From the sequence record OQ703618.1: a stretch of DNA of 64,000 nt; one strand, 5' to 3'. A program made the translations under genes and the position numbers. The notes below the pieces were generated by a model, which was given only the letters and a program-made list of their open reading frames with translations, was not told where the DNA came from and did not search any database. This document shows positions 27,637 through 37,277 of the stretch, one piece after another (the stretch's first letter is position 1; each line of letters starts with the position of its first letter). The stretch is from Escherichia phage GADS24.

Positions 27637-28793
27637 TCCGGGTACCTCAAAGCGTCGTCAGAGTTAGTTATATCAATAATAGATATAGAATTTTCTGATA
27701 ACCCATTTTTAGATAACTGACGTTTATAATATCTTTCACAATATGTACACGTCGTCCCGCAGATTTCATTAGCACAATCGAAATCTGGATGTCTGAACCA
27801 CCTTTTTTCTAAAAAGCCGTCTAACAAAGAGGTTTCAATATTTACCGTATGTGAAAACTCGGTCTCATTTTCAAGAGTGAAAATGGTCTCTAAAGGCTTC
27901 CACAGTTCTAACAAATTACCTTCAAACTTTTCAGAAGCGTATGCTTCAAGAACTTTCAAAATGTAGTCTGTGCTACCTGTACGTCCTGAAACTTTGAATT
28001 GAGTGATACCAATATCATTATAAAGTTTCAAATCTTGTGGACGAACAAAACGAGTTCTCAACCAGTTAAATGGGTCTGTATCACGAGCTTTAATACAGTG
28101 CTGCATAGGATATCCATTTAAGGATTTAGCATCATCAGCTGTAACATCAGTACTATGGAAAATATAGCAAGAGTCACGATAGCTACAATGTGTTGTATAC
28201 CCTTTACCAGCATTAGAACAGAACTCATTTACAAGAACTTCAAATATTATATTGTTCTTATTGCAAAACTCTGCTGCACGCTTCAGGAAAGAAACTGAAC
28301 GGTTCTTATGAATTCCACAGCAGACCTTTTTGATATTATACTGGTCATGTAAGTATTTGATTTGAGTTACAGCATCGACATGTAAAATTGTTGAAACTTC
28401 AATCTCAATGTCTTTATTGACTTCACGAACAATTTCCATAACAACAGGGTTAGCGATAGTAATACGCCATACGCCTATTGACCAAAGATACTGAACATAA
28501 TCCTGAATAGCTTTCTTCTTCCACTCAACTAGTTCTCTTTTTGAACCGGGATTTATCGTGTTGAGTGTATAGTTAAAGCAAATACCTAATTCGTTACAAC
28601 GTTTAACGTAATCTTCTAACATCTTTTTGTCAACGTCAGGAAGCCTAAAATCAGGTCTGGCTGCTACAAAAGCCATTTCTCTTGTAGAGCCGTATACTTC
28701 GTTTATCAAGCTATTAGGATAAGTTTTATTGAGCTCTACGATTTTATCAAGAAGAGCTAAATCAAAATTCGTTCCGATTTTAAAAGTATTCAT
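27633..28793 (-). CDS. Cys-rich hypothetical enzyme in modification cluster
   Basis: ~386 aa from ATG preceded by A9 tract; multiple Cys clusters (CCGIH, CANEICGTTCTYCE). Confidence 0.5.
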   Translation of the reverse strand: MNTFKIGTNFDLALLDKIVELNKTYPNSLINEVYGSTREMAFVAARPDFRLPDVDKKMLEDYVKRCNELGICFNYTLNTINPGSKRELVEWKKKAIQDYVQYLWSIGVWRITIANPVVMEIVREVNKDIEIEVSTILHVDAVTQIKYLHDQYNIKKVCCGIHKNRSVSFLKRAAEFCNKNNIIFEVLVNEFCSNAGKGYTTHCSYRDSCYIFHSTDVTADDAKSLNGYPMQHCIKARDTDPFNWLRTRFVRPQDLKLYNDIGITQFKVSGRTGSTDYILKVLEAYASEKFEGNLLELWKPLETIFTLENETEFSHTVNIETSLLDGFLEKRWFRHPDFDCANEICGTTCTYCERYYKRQLSKNGLSENSISIIDITNSDDALRYPE

Positions 28794-28852
28794 TTTTTTT
28801 TTGCATCTCACGTTAATTGACGCGATGGTTTTTGCAGGTCTTACTTAAATTA

Positions 28853-29239
28853 TTATAGATTCGGTTTATATGATTTAAATGTTTCGAATTCGCCTTTATT
28901 CATAAGAGCTTTGAATTCGTCGGGACGCATAGCTTTGTCGTCGATAATCCAATCATATACTGGTTTATGTGTTAGCAAATTATGGTACTTCAAGCCAATG
29001 TTTGCCAAGTTCTGAATAAGACTTGGGAGAATGTCAATTGCTATACGACCAGGACCTACTGACTTCATACCGCGAGCAGTGTAAAGCGTTATGGTATGCC
29101 CTGCATCATACAGGGCATTAATGGCAGACACCATTTCGACGTCTGGTTTGAAGTTCACGTAATCACGATTGTTATTCCACTCTGTTATACAATCATCGAC
29201 ATCAAAACAAAGATTAAGCATGTTTTCTACACGGTGCAT
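28853..29239 (-). CDS. HAD-like phosphatase (small)
   Basis: FDVDDC motif (DxD) near N-terminus; start overlaps upstream stop (TAATG). Confidence 0.45.
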   Translation of the reverse strand: MHRVENMLNLCFDVDDCITEWNNNRDYVNFKPDVEMVSAINALYDAGHTITLYTARGMKSVGPGRIAIDILPSLIQNLANIGLKYHNLLTHKPVYDWIIDDKAMRPDEFKALMNKGEFETFKSYKPNL

Positions 29240-30924
29240 TAGATTCGTTCCCATTGATGAGTGATATCGCCACCGATTGGACGATAGGAAACACCAGTTT
29301 CTTTATCAGTTAGTACCCATTTACCAGGATTTTTTGTAATCAGAGTAGCCGTTACAGGTTCTGCCATGTCATAACTAATAGAGCCGTCCTGAAGTACACG
29401 GCCCATGTTACGTAATTGCTTAGTCAGAAGTTCCATACCTTTATAATATGCGGCTACCGCTTTAAGTGGATTATTCTTGAAATAACCACCTAATGCAATC
29501 CAGATAATTGCTACAGCCAAATGATGATACTCGTTAAATGAACTCATCTTTCCATATTTGTAAACTAATGGATTGATGTTAATAGTCACATTACAAGTTG
29601 TTTCATCAATAGTAAACTGTCCCCAGGTCGGATTAGCGTTGAATTCATCATAACCTGAAACAGCATAAAGCACTTTAGCTTCATCGTACAATTTTGGCCC
29701 GTAAATCTTGGTTTCGCCAAAATATCCACGAGGGTCGATAAACTTGACTTCGCCGTTATCAGTAATCATAGTATTACTGAAGTTCGGGTCACCGTGAATA
29801 ACAGAGTACTGTCCCTGAGAACGGTTATGATAACGAATAAGGTGTTCTAAAGCTTGTTTCAGCATTGGCTTCAGACGCCCAATCTTAGTGTAGTTCACAT
29901 GTGTGATTTTACCAAATGAATCAATCAATGGTTGAATACTTTCACAACGATCAATAACTTTCGTATAGAATTCTTTAGTGAAATCACGACGAACAGTTTC
30001 AGGACTTACAAAATAAGTGTCTGTGCTGAATTTCAGTGCATCTAAAATTGCATCAACAATTTGTGGACGAGCAAGACTCGATTTAGATTTAATATATTCA
30101 AATGCCGGCTTACCTTTAATGCGTTCCATTTCAAAGTTATTTTCATTAACAGAAACTAACTGAGGAACTGAATCTGATTTCACTTTAAGATACCATGAAA
30201 TCTCATCTTTCTGAAGAGCTCGTCCCTGTTCGGTTAATGCGAATTTAGTTACAGTTTCTTCACCAATTTCAACTGCATTAAAACTACGATTAAGTTCACG
30301 AACTTCATGAGCTTTTTCAAGTTTAGGCATATCACCTAAATCAATTAGATTCATAAGCTCTGATTTATTGAATGCGCCGCTGTAAAGGAATTCTACGAAA
30401 TCACGTCCTTTGCAGTATTCATGAATTTCCTCATCAGTAGAACCCATATAGAATTCCCAGTCTTTGAATTGATAAATTCCTACAACATTACCACCTGTTG
30501 AACCTACGTTAGTGATATTTTCACCGTCGAAATTATATCGACATTCGTCACCCTTAACATAGATTGCGTTAACATTCCAAGACCATGAACCAAAATCAGG
30601 AATAATATCACACCAGTTAACAATTACATTATGGCCGTCTAAATCTTTGTGTAATTTAGCAAGAGCATAAGCGGAACCATATGCTTCATCAACTGTACGA
30701 ATAGTCACATTGAACCCTTCTTGCTCACAATAAGCTCGAACAGTTTCAGCAAATTTTGAATGAACTACTACAATAATTTCATCTGCGCCAAGGTCAGAAT
30801 AAATTGTATACAAATTGCTCAGAATAGTGTCTTGTTTATAGTTAACAAGCACCTTAGGAATATGATGCGTTATTGGATACAAACGAGTTGCCAGTCCAGC
30901 ACCAAGAATAACAGCTTTTTTCAT
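29239..30924 (-). CDS. bifunctional sugar-1-phosphate nucleotidyltransferase / APH-like sugar kinase
   Basis: N-term GAGLATRLYPITHHIPKVL (G-x-G-T-R NTase); C-term HGDPNFSN and IDPRG (Brenner kinase motifs). Confidence 0.7.
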   Translation of the reverse strand: MKKAVILGAGLATRLYPITHHIPKVLVNYKQDTILSNLYTIYSDLGADEIIVVVHSKFAETVRAYCEQEGFNVTIRTVDEAYGSAYALAKLHKDLDGHNVIVNWCDIIPDFGSWSWNVNAIYVKGDECRYNFDGENITNVGSTGGNVVGIYQFKDWEFYMGSTDEEIHEYCKGRDFVEFLYSGAFNKSELMNLIDLGDMPKLEKAHEVRELNRSFNAVEIGEETVTKFALTEQGRALQKDEISWYLKVKSDSVPQLVSVNENNFEMERIKGKPAFEYIKSKSSLARPQIVDAILDALKFSTDTYFVSPETVRRDFTKEFYTKVIDRCESIQPLIDSFGKITHVNYTKIGRLKPMLKQALEHLIRYHNRSQGQYSVIHGDPNFSNTMITDNGEVKFIDPRGYFGETKIYGPKLYDEAKVLYAVSGYDEFNANPTWGQFTIDETTCNVTININPLVYKYGKMSSFNEYHHLAVAIIWIALGGYFKNNPLKAVAAYYKGMELLTKQLRNMGRVLQDGSISYDMAEPVTATLITKNPGKWVLTDKETGVSYRPIGGDITHQWERI

Positions 30925-30952
30925 GTTGTGGTCCTCATTGGTAAGTAGGAGT

Positions 30953-30977
30953 ATTGTACACTATTCTAGTTAAAGCA
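30953..30977 (-). promoter_or_regulatory. T4-type middle promoter (MotA box TGCTTTA, 12-bp spacer, -10 TACAAT)
   Basis: Minus-strand motif ~30 nt upstream of NTase-kinase ATG. Confidence 0.45.
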
Positions 30978-31099
30978 TTCATACTTTGCTTGTAGTCCAA
31001 TCATAATCCATCCAATTACAAGTGTTGGAATCATTACTGGAGCCGTTAAGCTCCAGTAGATAGTCATGACAAGCATCAATAGTAAAAGTCCTATTGTTA
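30956..31099 (-). CDS. small hydrophobic protein (47 aa)
   Basis: Hand-translated MKAITIGLLLLMLVMTIYW...; overlaps middle promoter. Confidence 0.25.
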
Positions 31100-31105
31100 T
31101 TGCTT

Positions 31106-31741
31106 TCATTGTTCGCCTCGTAACATGGCACCTAGTGCACCACCAGGGTGGAACTTAAGGAAGTCATTAGAGGTAAATCCACGTTCAGACGAAAGGTTGA
31201 TAGCGAACGTATCGATAAGCGCTAACAACAATGTAGTAGACATTGTCGGAGCTAAAGAGTTCTCGTCAACTTCTACCGCGATGCCTGTACAGAAAGAGTA
31301 ATCAAAAAGGGCTTCATTTTCTTGCGGAATGTCAGGGTTACAATGTAACAGAATCTGTTTAACCTGAGGACGAATCATACGAAGATGTTTAGCAACACCT
31401 ATCATTTCTTCGGTTTTACCAGAACGACTAATATGAATCAACACATCATTAGGCGCAATGAATCCTGCATCACCGTGAGAATAATGCCCAGTGTTCAAGT
31501 ACATACTCGGGATACCGAGTGAAGCAAATGTCTCAGAAGCTTTAGTTGCAATATTAGCATTCTTACCAACACCTGTAATAATTACTCGGCTTTCATAATT
31601 ACTAAGTCCTGGGCGTCGAAGAGTTTCTAGAATAGCATTATAACGAGCAGGGTTTTGACTAATTACTTTGGCCATAGTAGCCAAAGAAGAAGCTTGTTTT
31701 ACGATTGCGTCAATAGCGATAGTAATAGGAGTAGTTTTCAT
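31106..31741 (-). CDS. SIS-domain sugar phosphate isomerase (KdsD/GutQ-type arabinose-5-phosphate isomerase-like, no CBS domains)
   Basis: 211 aa; GVGKNANIATKASETFASLGIPS...HGD...ISRSGKTEE matches SIS signature. Confidence 0.7.
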   Translation of the reverse strand: MKTTPITIAIDAIVKQASSLATMAKVISQNPARYNAILETLRRPGLSNYESRVIITGVGKNANIATKASETFASLGIPSMYLNTGHYSHGDAGFIAPNDVLIHISRSGKTEEMIGVAKHLRMIRPQVKQILLHCNPDIPQENEALFDYSFCTGIAVEVDENSLAPTMSTTLLLALIDTFAINLSSERGFTSNDFLKFHPGGALGAMLRGEQ

Positions 31742-31781
31742 ATTTCTCTCATTTAATTAGTTTACCGTCCATGGTATTATA

Positions 31782-34493
31782 TCAAAAATCGAACATATCG
31801 AACAGAGATGCTTTCTTCTCGTAATCGAGTTTCGCCGCTGATGTGAATCCTTCAAGTGGTTTAATAAATGTCTTCTCAAGGAGAACAGTGTAGTCCATCC
31901 AATGAAGTACGTCGTCTTTAATTAAATCTGTGATTTCAGTACCAGAAGGCCATGCGATACATTTATCACCGAATGGGTTTCCTTCACGTAAAGGCAGAAC
32001 ATATACTTTTTCACCTTCTACAACTTGCGGTGCATCGATATTACCTTTGATAGCTCTGTTATATGTCAGAATTCCACGAATATGGAACGGACATTTAGGA
32101 CCAGGGAATCCACCAACGTCATATTTAGCAATGTTATTCGCAGAAGATACCGACGCGATGCTAATATAATTCAATTGACGGAATTCTTTTTCAAACTCTT
32201 TAAAATATTCTTGTAATGATTCTTCACCTTCTTGAAGCATACGGCGAATACATTCTTTAAGAGCTTTCTGTACTGCTTTAGGGGTCGAAGATTTCTGAGT
32301 CTCTAGACCCATGATTTTGAGTTTAGGCTCAGCGTAACGAGTACCTTCCATATCCCACACGTTTAATGCATAACGTTTCTTACCAGTCCAGAATCCACCA
32401 ATACCTTTAGAACCGAGTGGAGGACCAGCGATAGCTTCTCGGTCCATGAACATTAAGTGTTGTTTATTGTTCATGTATTCACACATTTCACGGAAACCTC
32501 TATCAATAGCTGGTTCCATACGTTCACGTGCAAACTTATCTAAGAAGTCTACCCAATGGTTGGTATCACGGAATTTAGATTCACCAACCTTATCAATAAT
32601 TTTATCAGCAGATACGTAAATAGAGTCTGTATCACCATAAAGAACGAAAGCTTCACCTTCTGTGCCACAAACTTCATTCAGATATTCATTAACTTTACGT
32701 TCAATCCACTGTAAAGCCATTTGCCCGAATGTTGTGATTGCAGTAGCATTACGCAAATCATAATAACGGAACCAAACGTTGCCAAGTGCACCATAAAGTG
32801 AGTTGATAAGCAATTTACGGTTAATTTGGGCAGTCATACCTGCAACTTCAGTACGTTGAGCTCTAAACAACATTTCATTAAGAGATTTAGCAGACAACTT
32901 TTTAATCTTTTCTTTAATCTCATCACTGAAGTCGAAACGATAATCAACATCTAACGGTTCGTCAACAGAAAGATTAGGATTATGCAATGCCTCTTTAATT
33001 ATTTCACCGTTACGTTGAGCCGCAAGCATATAACCTTTATGTTCTTTACGTTGATTAAAGACTTTAGTGATTTCAGTTGGAACAACACCGTCACGGTCTT
33101 TATAATACATCATGCCGTTAGGAGAACAACTGTACACATCAGAAGGTCGTTCAGCAACAGCGTTAATATAATCATGCAATGGAGCTACTTTAAACGTTCC
33201 TGCTATTGTTTCTGGGCTAATATTCACTTGGCGAATAATACTTGGATACAGAGATGTGAGGTCGAAGCTCATCACATATTTGTATCGATTTGGAATAGGT
33301 TCCTTAACAAAAGCGCCAGGATAAGGTTGAACCGGATGAGAACGACCTTGTGGAATCACCTTGTTCTGCTCTTTAAGGCTATTAAAAATAATAGCATCCC
33401 ATGTTTTAATAGGGCTAAACACAGATTGAATCTGTATCTTAGCATAATAACCCATGTCCAAGCTCAAGTTAATGAACTGACGTTTACCATCAATTTGCAA
33501 TACACGATACACGTCGATAATGTTATAAGAAATATATCGTTGGTGATTGCTTTCACGAAGCTTAGAAATAGGGCCGTCATATTTCAGTTTACCAACGTTC
33601 AATTCAAATTCTGAAATGTAATCCAGAGAATACGACGGTTGATTAGTAAAAGAGAATTTTTTGTAAAGGTCAATGTAATCAAGAACAGAGATACCGAACA
33701 ATGTAATGATTTCACGAGAACCATACATGTTTTCGATAACTTTAACACGTGTTTTACGATGCGGTGATAAACGTTTCGCAGTAGATTCGCCAAAAATATT
33801 CTTGATTCGGTTATACACATATGGAATATCAAATGACTCAACGTTCCATCCAGTCAAAATGACAGGAGTTTTCTGTTGCCAGAAGTTGAGATATTCCATC
33901 AACAATTCTTTTTCATTATCGAACGGCATATAAACGATTTTGTCGATAATTTCGGATGGAACTTCATCACCACCTTGTTCTTGAAGCTTAGCAGCAATTT
34001 CGATAGACCATTCTTCCACATTACCATATGGAGAATTCAAAAGGTCAAATACGTAGAACCTGTCGTCAATTGAGTCATAATGGGTGATAGCATCAATTGG
34101 ATGTTTTGCTTGTGACGGCTCAGGGAACCCGTCTGGAGATGTTACTTCGATGTCGAAGTTAGCCACACGAATTTTTGTATGGTCGTATTTGATTTCATAG
34201 TTATAAGTGTCAGACAAATACGCCAATTTGAAATCGTCCATGCCAAGTGCTTCAAGTCCGATATCTTCCATGCGTTTAATCCATTGGGAGGCATCACGCA
34301 TATTGGCGAACAACTTACGAGTACACGGCTTACCGTAGATATCGAAATATTTCGTAGCCTGACTTTCCGGACAATGAGCAAACAGTGATGGTTTATATTC
34401 TACTTCACGAGTACGTTCACGGCCATTAGAATCGATGTAACGTTCAAAAATTGAATCACCAATCTGTTCAACCGTTAAGTAAAATTCTTTCAT
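31782..34493 (-). CDS. 43: DNA polymerase gp43 (family B, RB69-type, 903 aa)
   Basis: Exo motifs FDIEV, YGDTDS polymerase motif; recognised as RB69-like gp43. Confidence 0.95.
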   Translation of the reverse strand: MKEFYLTVEQIGDSIFERYIDSNGRERTREVEYKPSLFAHCPESQATKYFDIYGKPCTRKLFANMRDASQWIKRMEDIGLEALGMDDFKLAYLSDTYNYEIKYDHTKIRVANFDIEVTSPDGFPEPSQAKHPIDAITHYDSIDDRFYVFDLLNSPYGNVEEWSIEIAAKLQEQGGDEVPSEIIDKIVYMPFDNEKELLMEYLNFWQQKTPVILTGWNVESFDIPYVYNRIKNIFGESTAKRLSPHRKTRVKVIENMYGSREIITLFGISVLDYIDLYKKFSFTNQPSYSLDYISEFELNVGKLKYDGPISKLRESNHQRYISYNIIDVYRVLQIDGKRQFINLSLDMGYYAKIQIQSVFSPIKTWDAIIFNSLKEQNKVIPQGRSHPVQPYPGAFVKEPIPNRYKYVMSFDLTSLYPSIIRQVNISPETIAGTFKVAPLHDYINAVAERPSDVYSCSPNGMMYYKDRDGVVPTEITKVFNQRKEHKGYMLAAQRNGEIIKEALHNPNLSVDEPLDVDYRFDFSDEIKEKIKKLSAKSLNEMLFRAQRTEVAGMTAQINRKLLINSLYGALGNVWFRYYDLRNATAITTFGQMALQWIERKVNEYLNEVCGTEGEAFVLYGDTDSIYVSADKIIDKVGESKFRDTNHWVDFLDKFARERMEPAIDRGFREMCEYMNNKQHLMFMDREAIAGPPLGSKGIGGFWTGKKRYALNVWDMEGTRYAEPKLKIMGLETQKSSTPKAVQKALKECIRRMLQEGEESLQEYFKEFEKEFRQLNYISIASVSSANNIAKYDVGGFPGPKCPFHIRGILTYNRAIKGNIDAPQVVEGEKVYVLPLREGNPFGDKCIAWPSGTEITDLIKDDVLHWMDYTVLLEKTFIKPLEGFTSAAKLDYEKKASLFDMFDF

Positions 34494-34562
34494 TTAATTT
34501 CCTTTAGACGAGTTATTGTCTTTTGTTTGTTGATGAACTTATTATACTCCAAATGGGACCGA
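34494..34562 (-). promoter_or_regulatory. gp43 5' leader: putative translational operator (AATAACTCG...AAGGAA) and upstream GC hairpin
   Basis: Leader resembles T4 gene 43 operator; hairpin atgggac/gtcccat with cgaa loop at 34545..34562. Confidence 0.4.
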
Positions 34563-34574
34563 AGTCCCATTGCT

Positions 34575-34943
34575 TTAATTACCAATTGTATATTTTGCTT
34601 TCAAAGTCCAGTCATCTTTCTGTTTAAAAGAGATAACACGGAAGTTATTAGTCAGGCCAAACAGATCTTCACGAGCAGAGTCTTCAATAACAATCAATCC
34701 CCAGTCTTCAAGCAACTGAGCAATCGAATCACGTCGCTGATAGTCTTCACCATCAATATCAACCTGACGTCCGTCCATACGCAGCATTTCTTTAAAGTGG
34801 ACGATATAGTACTTACCTTGCTTTTGGAGGATATGACAAGACTGGTAAAGGACTTTATCCTTGTTATTAGCGATGCCCATACGGGTCAAAGTCTCTTTGA
34901 CTTTCAGAAAATCTTCAGGGTTCTTCAATTTAATTTCAATCAT
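34575..34943 (-). CDS. regA: translational repressor RegA
   Basis: Near-identical blocks to T4 RegA (KVKETLTRMGIANNKDKVLYQSCHIL). Confidence 0.85.
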   Translation of the reverse strand: MIEIKLKNPEDFLKVKETLTRMGIANNKDKVLYQSCHILQKQGKYYIVHFKEMLRMDGRQVDIDGEDYQRRDSIAQLLEDWGLIVIEDSAREDLFGLTNNFRVISFKQKDDWTLKAKYTIGN

Positions 34944-34945
34944 TT

Positions 34946-35509
34946 TTACCATTCCAATGCTAATTTTTTAAATTGTTTTTGTTCTTTCACATTTTTTGTA
35001 ACTTCTTTGAGAAACTCATCAGTGACCATGGCCTTCAGTTCTTTAAGGACTATTGGCAACTTGTTATTTTTTTCAAGGAGCCGCTTATACTCAGTAGCAT
35101 CATTCATGTTGATTGTGTAACGTTTCATCAACAGTTTGATAACTAGTAACTCTGAAGTGTCTTCGACTAGTTTAGCCCATTTAGAGAATCGACGACCATG
35201 CGGAATTGCCGCCATCATATAGTTGAAGTGCGCTTCATCACTTAATTCAGAACCGACTAAGTTCATCATGTAAACAGCTGGCATACATTCTGGGAACTGG
35301 GATAATGAGTTCTCAACCATAAATTTTGAGTAGTCGACCTGAGCAATTGACATAGGTTTCTTTTCATTAATAGCATTAATGATTTTAAAGAATTCATTCT
35401 CAGGTTTTTCTTTAAACATATCAGCACATTTTTGAATCGCATCAGCGTCATTAGACTTCCATGCAATTTGGTGCTCGTTAAGCCGGACGTCATCATCGAA
35501 TAAGTTCAT
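34946..35509 (-). CDS. 62: clamp loader small subunit gp62
   Basis: 187 aa; T4 gp62-like. Confidence 0.85.
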   Translation of the reverse strand: MNLFDDDVRLNEHQIAWKSNDADAIQKCADMFKEKPENEFFKIINAINEKKPMSIAQVDYSKFMVENSLSQFPECMPAVYMMNLVGSELSDEAHFNYMMAAIPHGRRFSKWAKLVEDTSELLVIKLLMKRYTINMNDATEYKRLLEKNNKLPIVLKELKAMVTDEFLKEVTKNVKEQKQFKKLALEW

Positions 35510-35510
35510 A

Positions 35511-36473
35511 TTATTTCCAAGTCAGTTCGCAGGTCAGTTGAAGAAGCATATACATAACATGTAATTCAATATTACTTGCTAATCCATGAAACTTATTGTT
35601 TTCGCCTGCAATTTCATAAAGCGAAATAATACTTTTACCAGGTGCAACTTGGTCATAACATTCTGAAACTAATTTATCGATGAACCACGAATAATCTGCG
35701 GCATATTTTGGAGCTAATGCACGAAGCTGTTTGATATCTTTGTTCTTCATTGCTTCGATAACATCAGAGACTGTGCCACGGTCATTAGTTACGATAGACA
35801 AAATACCCGCATCAAGAACACCTTTAGACGAGTACTGGTCTAATTGACCAATTGTGCGACGAAAGTCTGGGAAGTTCTTTTTAACCAGAGCTGCAACAAC
35901 TTTCATATCAGCGATTTCGATATTTTCATTCTTACAGATTTCAACCATACGATGAATCATTTTCTTCATCATCGAGATTTTATCTTCTTCGGTTGGACGT
36001 CCGAATTCGATAACTCGACAACGACTACGTAACGGTTCAATAATTCCATCGATGTTGTTAGCAGTAATAACAATAGAGCAGTTACTAGAGAATTCTTCCA
36101 TAAACGTACGAAGGTGACGTTGTGATTCGGCGAGGCCACTACGGTCAAATTCATCAATAACAATAACTTTAGGCTTACCTTCCATTGAGACTGAACGAGC
36201 GAATGCGGTTAACGGACCCCGCACAAAATCAATCTTACAATCAGAACCGTTGACGAACATCATTTCGGCGTTGATATCATTACATAATGCTTTTGCTACG
36301 GTTGTTTTACCTGTACCAGGAGAAGGAGAGTGCAAAATAATATGAGGAAGTTTTCCTTTAGATACTAAAGACTTGAATGTTTCATGGTCATACGCAGGCA
36401 GAATACATTCGTCAATGGAAGAAGGACGATATTTCTGTTCTAGAATGTGTTCTTTGGAATTGATAGTAATCAT
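35511..36473 (-). CDS. 44: clamp loader large subunit gp44 (AAA+)
   Basis: 320 aa; Walker [11 protein letters not shown]. Confidence 0.9.
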   Translation of the reverse strand: MITINSKEHILEQKYRPSSIDECILPAYDHETFKSLVSKGKLPHIILHSPSPGTGKTTVAKALCNDINAEMMFVNGSDCKIDFVRGPLTAFARSVSMEGKPKVIVIDEFDRSGLAESQRHLRTFMEEFSSNCSIVITANNIDGIIEPLRSRCRVIEFGRPTEEDKISMMKKMIHRMVEICKNENIEIADMKVVAALVKKNFPDFRRTIGQLDQYSSKGVLDAGILSIVTNDRGTVSDVIEAMKNKDIKQLRALAPKYAADYSWFIDKLVSECYDQVAPGKSIISLYEIAGENNKFHGLASNIELHVMYMLLQLTCELTWK

Positions 36474-36497
36474 GTAATTTTCCTCATTATCATTAAA

Positions 36498-36515
36498 CTG
36501 GAGGATTTCTCCTCC
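36498..36515 (-). other. 7-bp stem tetraloop hairpin between gp45 and gp44
   Basis: tggagga/tcctcca hairpin ~25 nt upstream of gp44 ATG. Confidence 0.35.
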
Positions 36516-36548
36516 ATAATCGTATCACAATAAACGTAAAGCTTTGAC

Positions 36549-37235
36549 TTAGAAGTCGTGAGTAGAATCGGCTTCCATCGCAATAACATAACTTACTTGA
36601 GAGCTTTCAAACTTGGCTGCAACTTTATCACCAGCTCCCCACAACATTACTTTATAGTTACCTGGCTGGATTTTCATATTAGCCATATTGATTACGAAGT
36701 TAAAGTTGTTAGAACCATCATAATCGGTAAGAGTCAAAGAATACTTAGGACGAGTTAGTCCAGAATCTTCAACTTTATTATAGCCATTGATAACAATTTT
36801 ACCATCTTTATTTGTAATAGCAATTGTATCAATCTGAAGACCACGTGAAACTCGAAGCAATTGTTGAAGGTCTTCAGCTTTAATTTCAGTAATCACAGAA
36901 GCCACTGGGAATTGAATTGGCTTATTAGGAAAAACAATGGTGCTCTTGTCAGCGGCAGGCCAATAAACTGTGGAACGTGTATCTGCAATTTTAATATTGC
37001 CATCAGTGTGCATTGAAATTTCAGCATCATCAGACACTAGACTCAAAATGCTTAAGAAGCTATTCAAATCATAAAGTGCTACGTCAAAATCAATTTCATC
37101 AGAGATATTTGCTTCCGCATAAGTGGTGCCATTAACTGCACGAGTCATAATAAATTTACCTTGACTCAGCAGAATGCCAGAGTTAATAGAGGCAAAGTTT
37201 TTCAGAATAGCGATAGTATCTTTAGACAGTTTCAT
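36549..37235 (-). CDS. 45: sliding clamp gp45
   Basis: Start MKLSKDT; high similarity to T4 gp45. Confidence 0.9.
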   Translation of the reverse strand: MKLSKDTIAILKNFASINSGILLSQGKFIMTRAVNGTTYAEANISDEIDFDVALYDLNSFLSILSLVSDDAEISMHTDGNIKIADTRSTVYWPAADKSTIVFPNKPIQFPVASVITEIKAEDLQQLLRVSRGLQIDTIAITNKDGKIVINGYNKVEDSGLTRPKYSLTLTDYDGSNNFNFVINMANMKIQPGNYKVMLWGAGDKVAAKFESSQVSYVIAMEADSTHDF

Positions 37236-37277
37236 TTTATTTCCTTTCAAGACAATTCAAAGTTTATAACAAATTTA

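Noticed and set aside
27633-28811. Assignment of the Cys-rich protein as a U32 peptidase or as KdsA (Kdo8P synthase), implying a Kdo-type pathway
   Set aside because: Neither the U32 signature nor KdsA motifs fit, and the NTase is of the sugar-1-P (G-x-G-T-R) type rather than CMP-Kdo synthetase type.
32982-33614. Plus-strand ORFs of 60-210 aa lying inside minus-strand genes (e.g. 32982..33614 in gp43, 39118..39606 in gp46, 58147..58563, 2030..2452 in rIIA)
   Set aside because: They sit antisense to well-supported genes, lack SD sequences and have low-complexity composition typical of shadow ORFs in AT-rich DNA.
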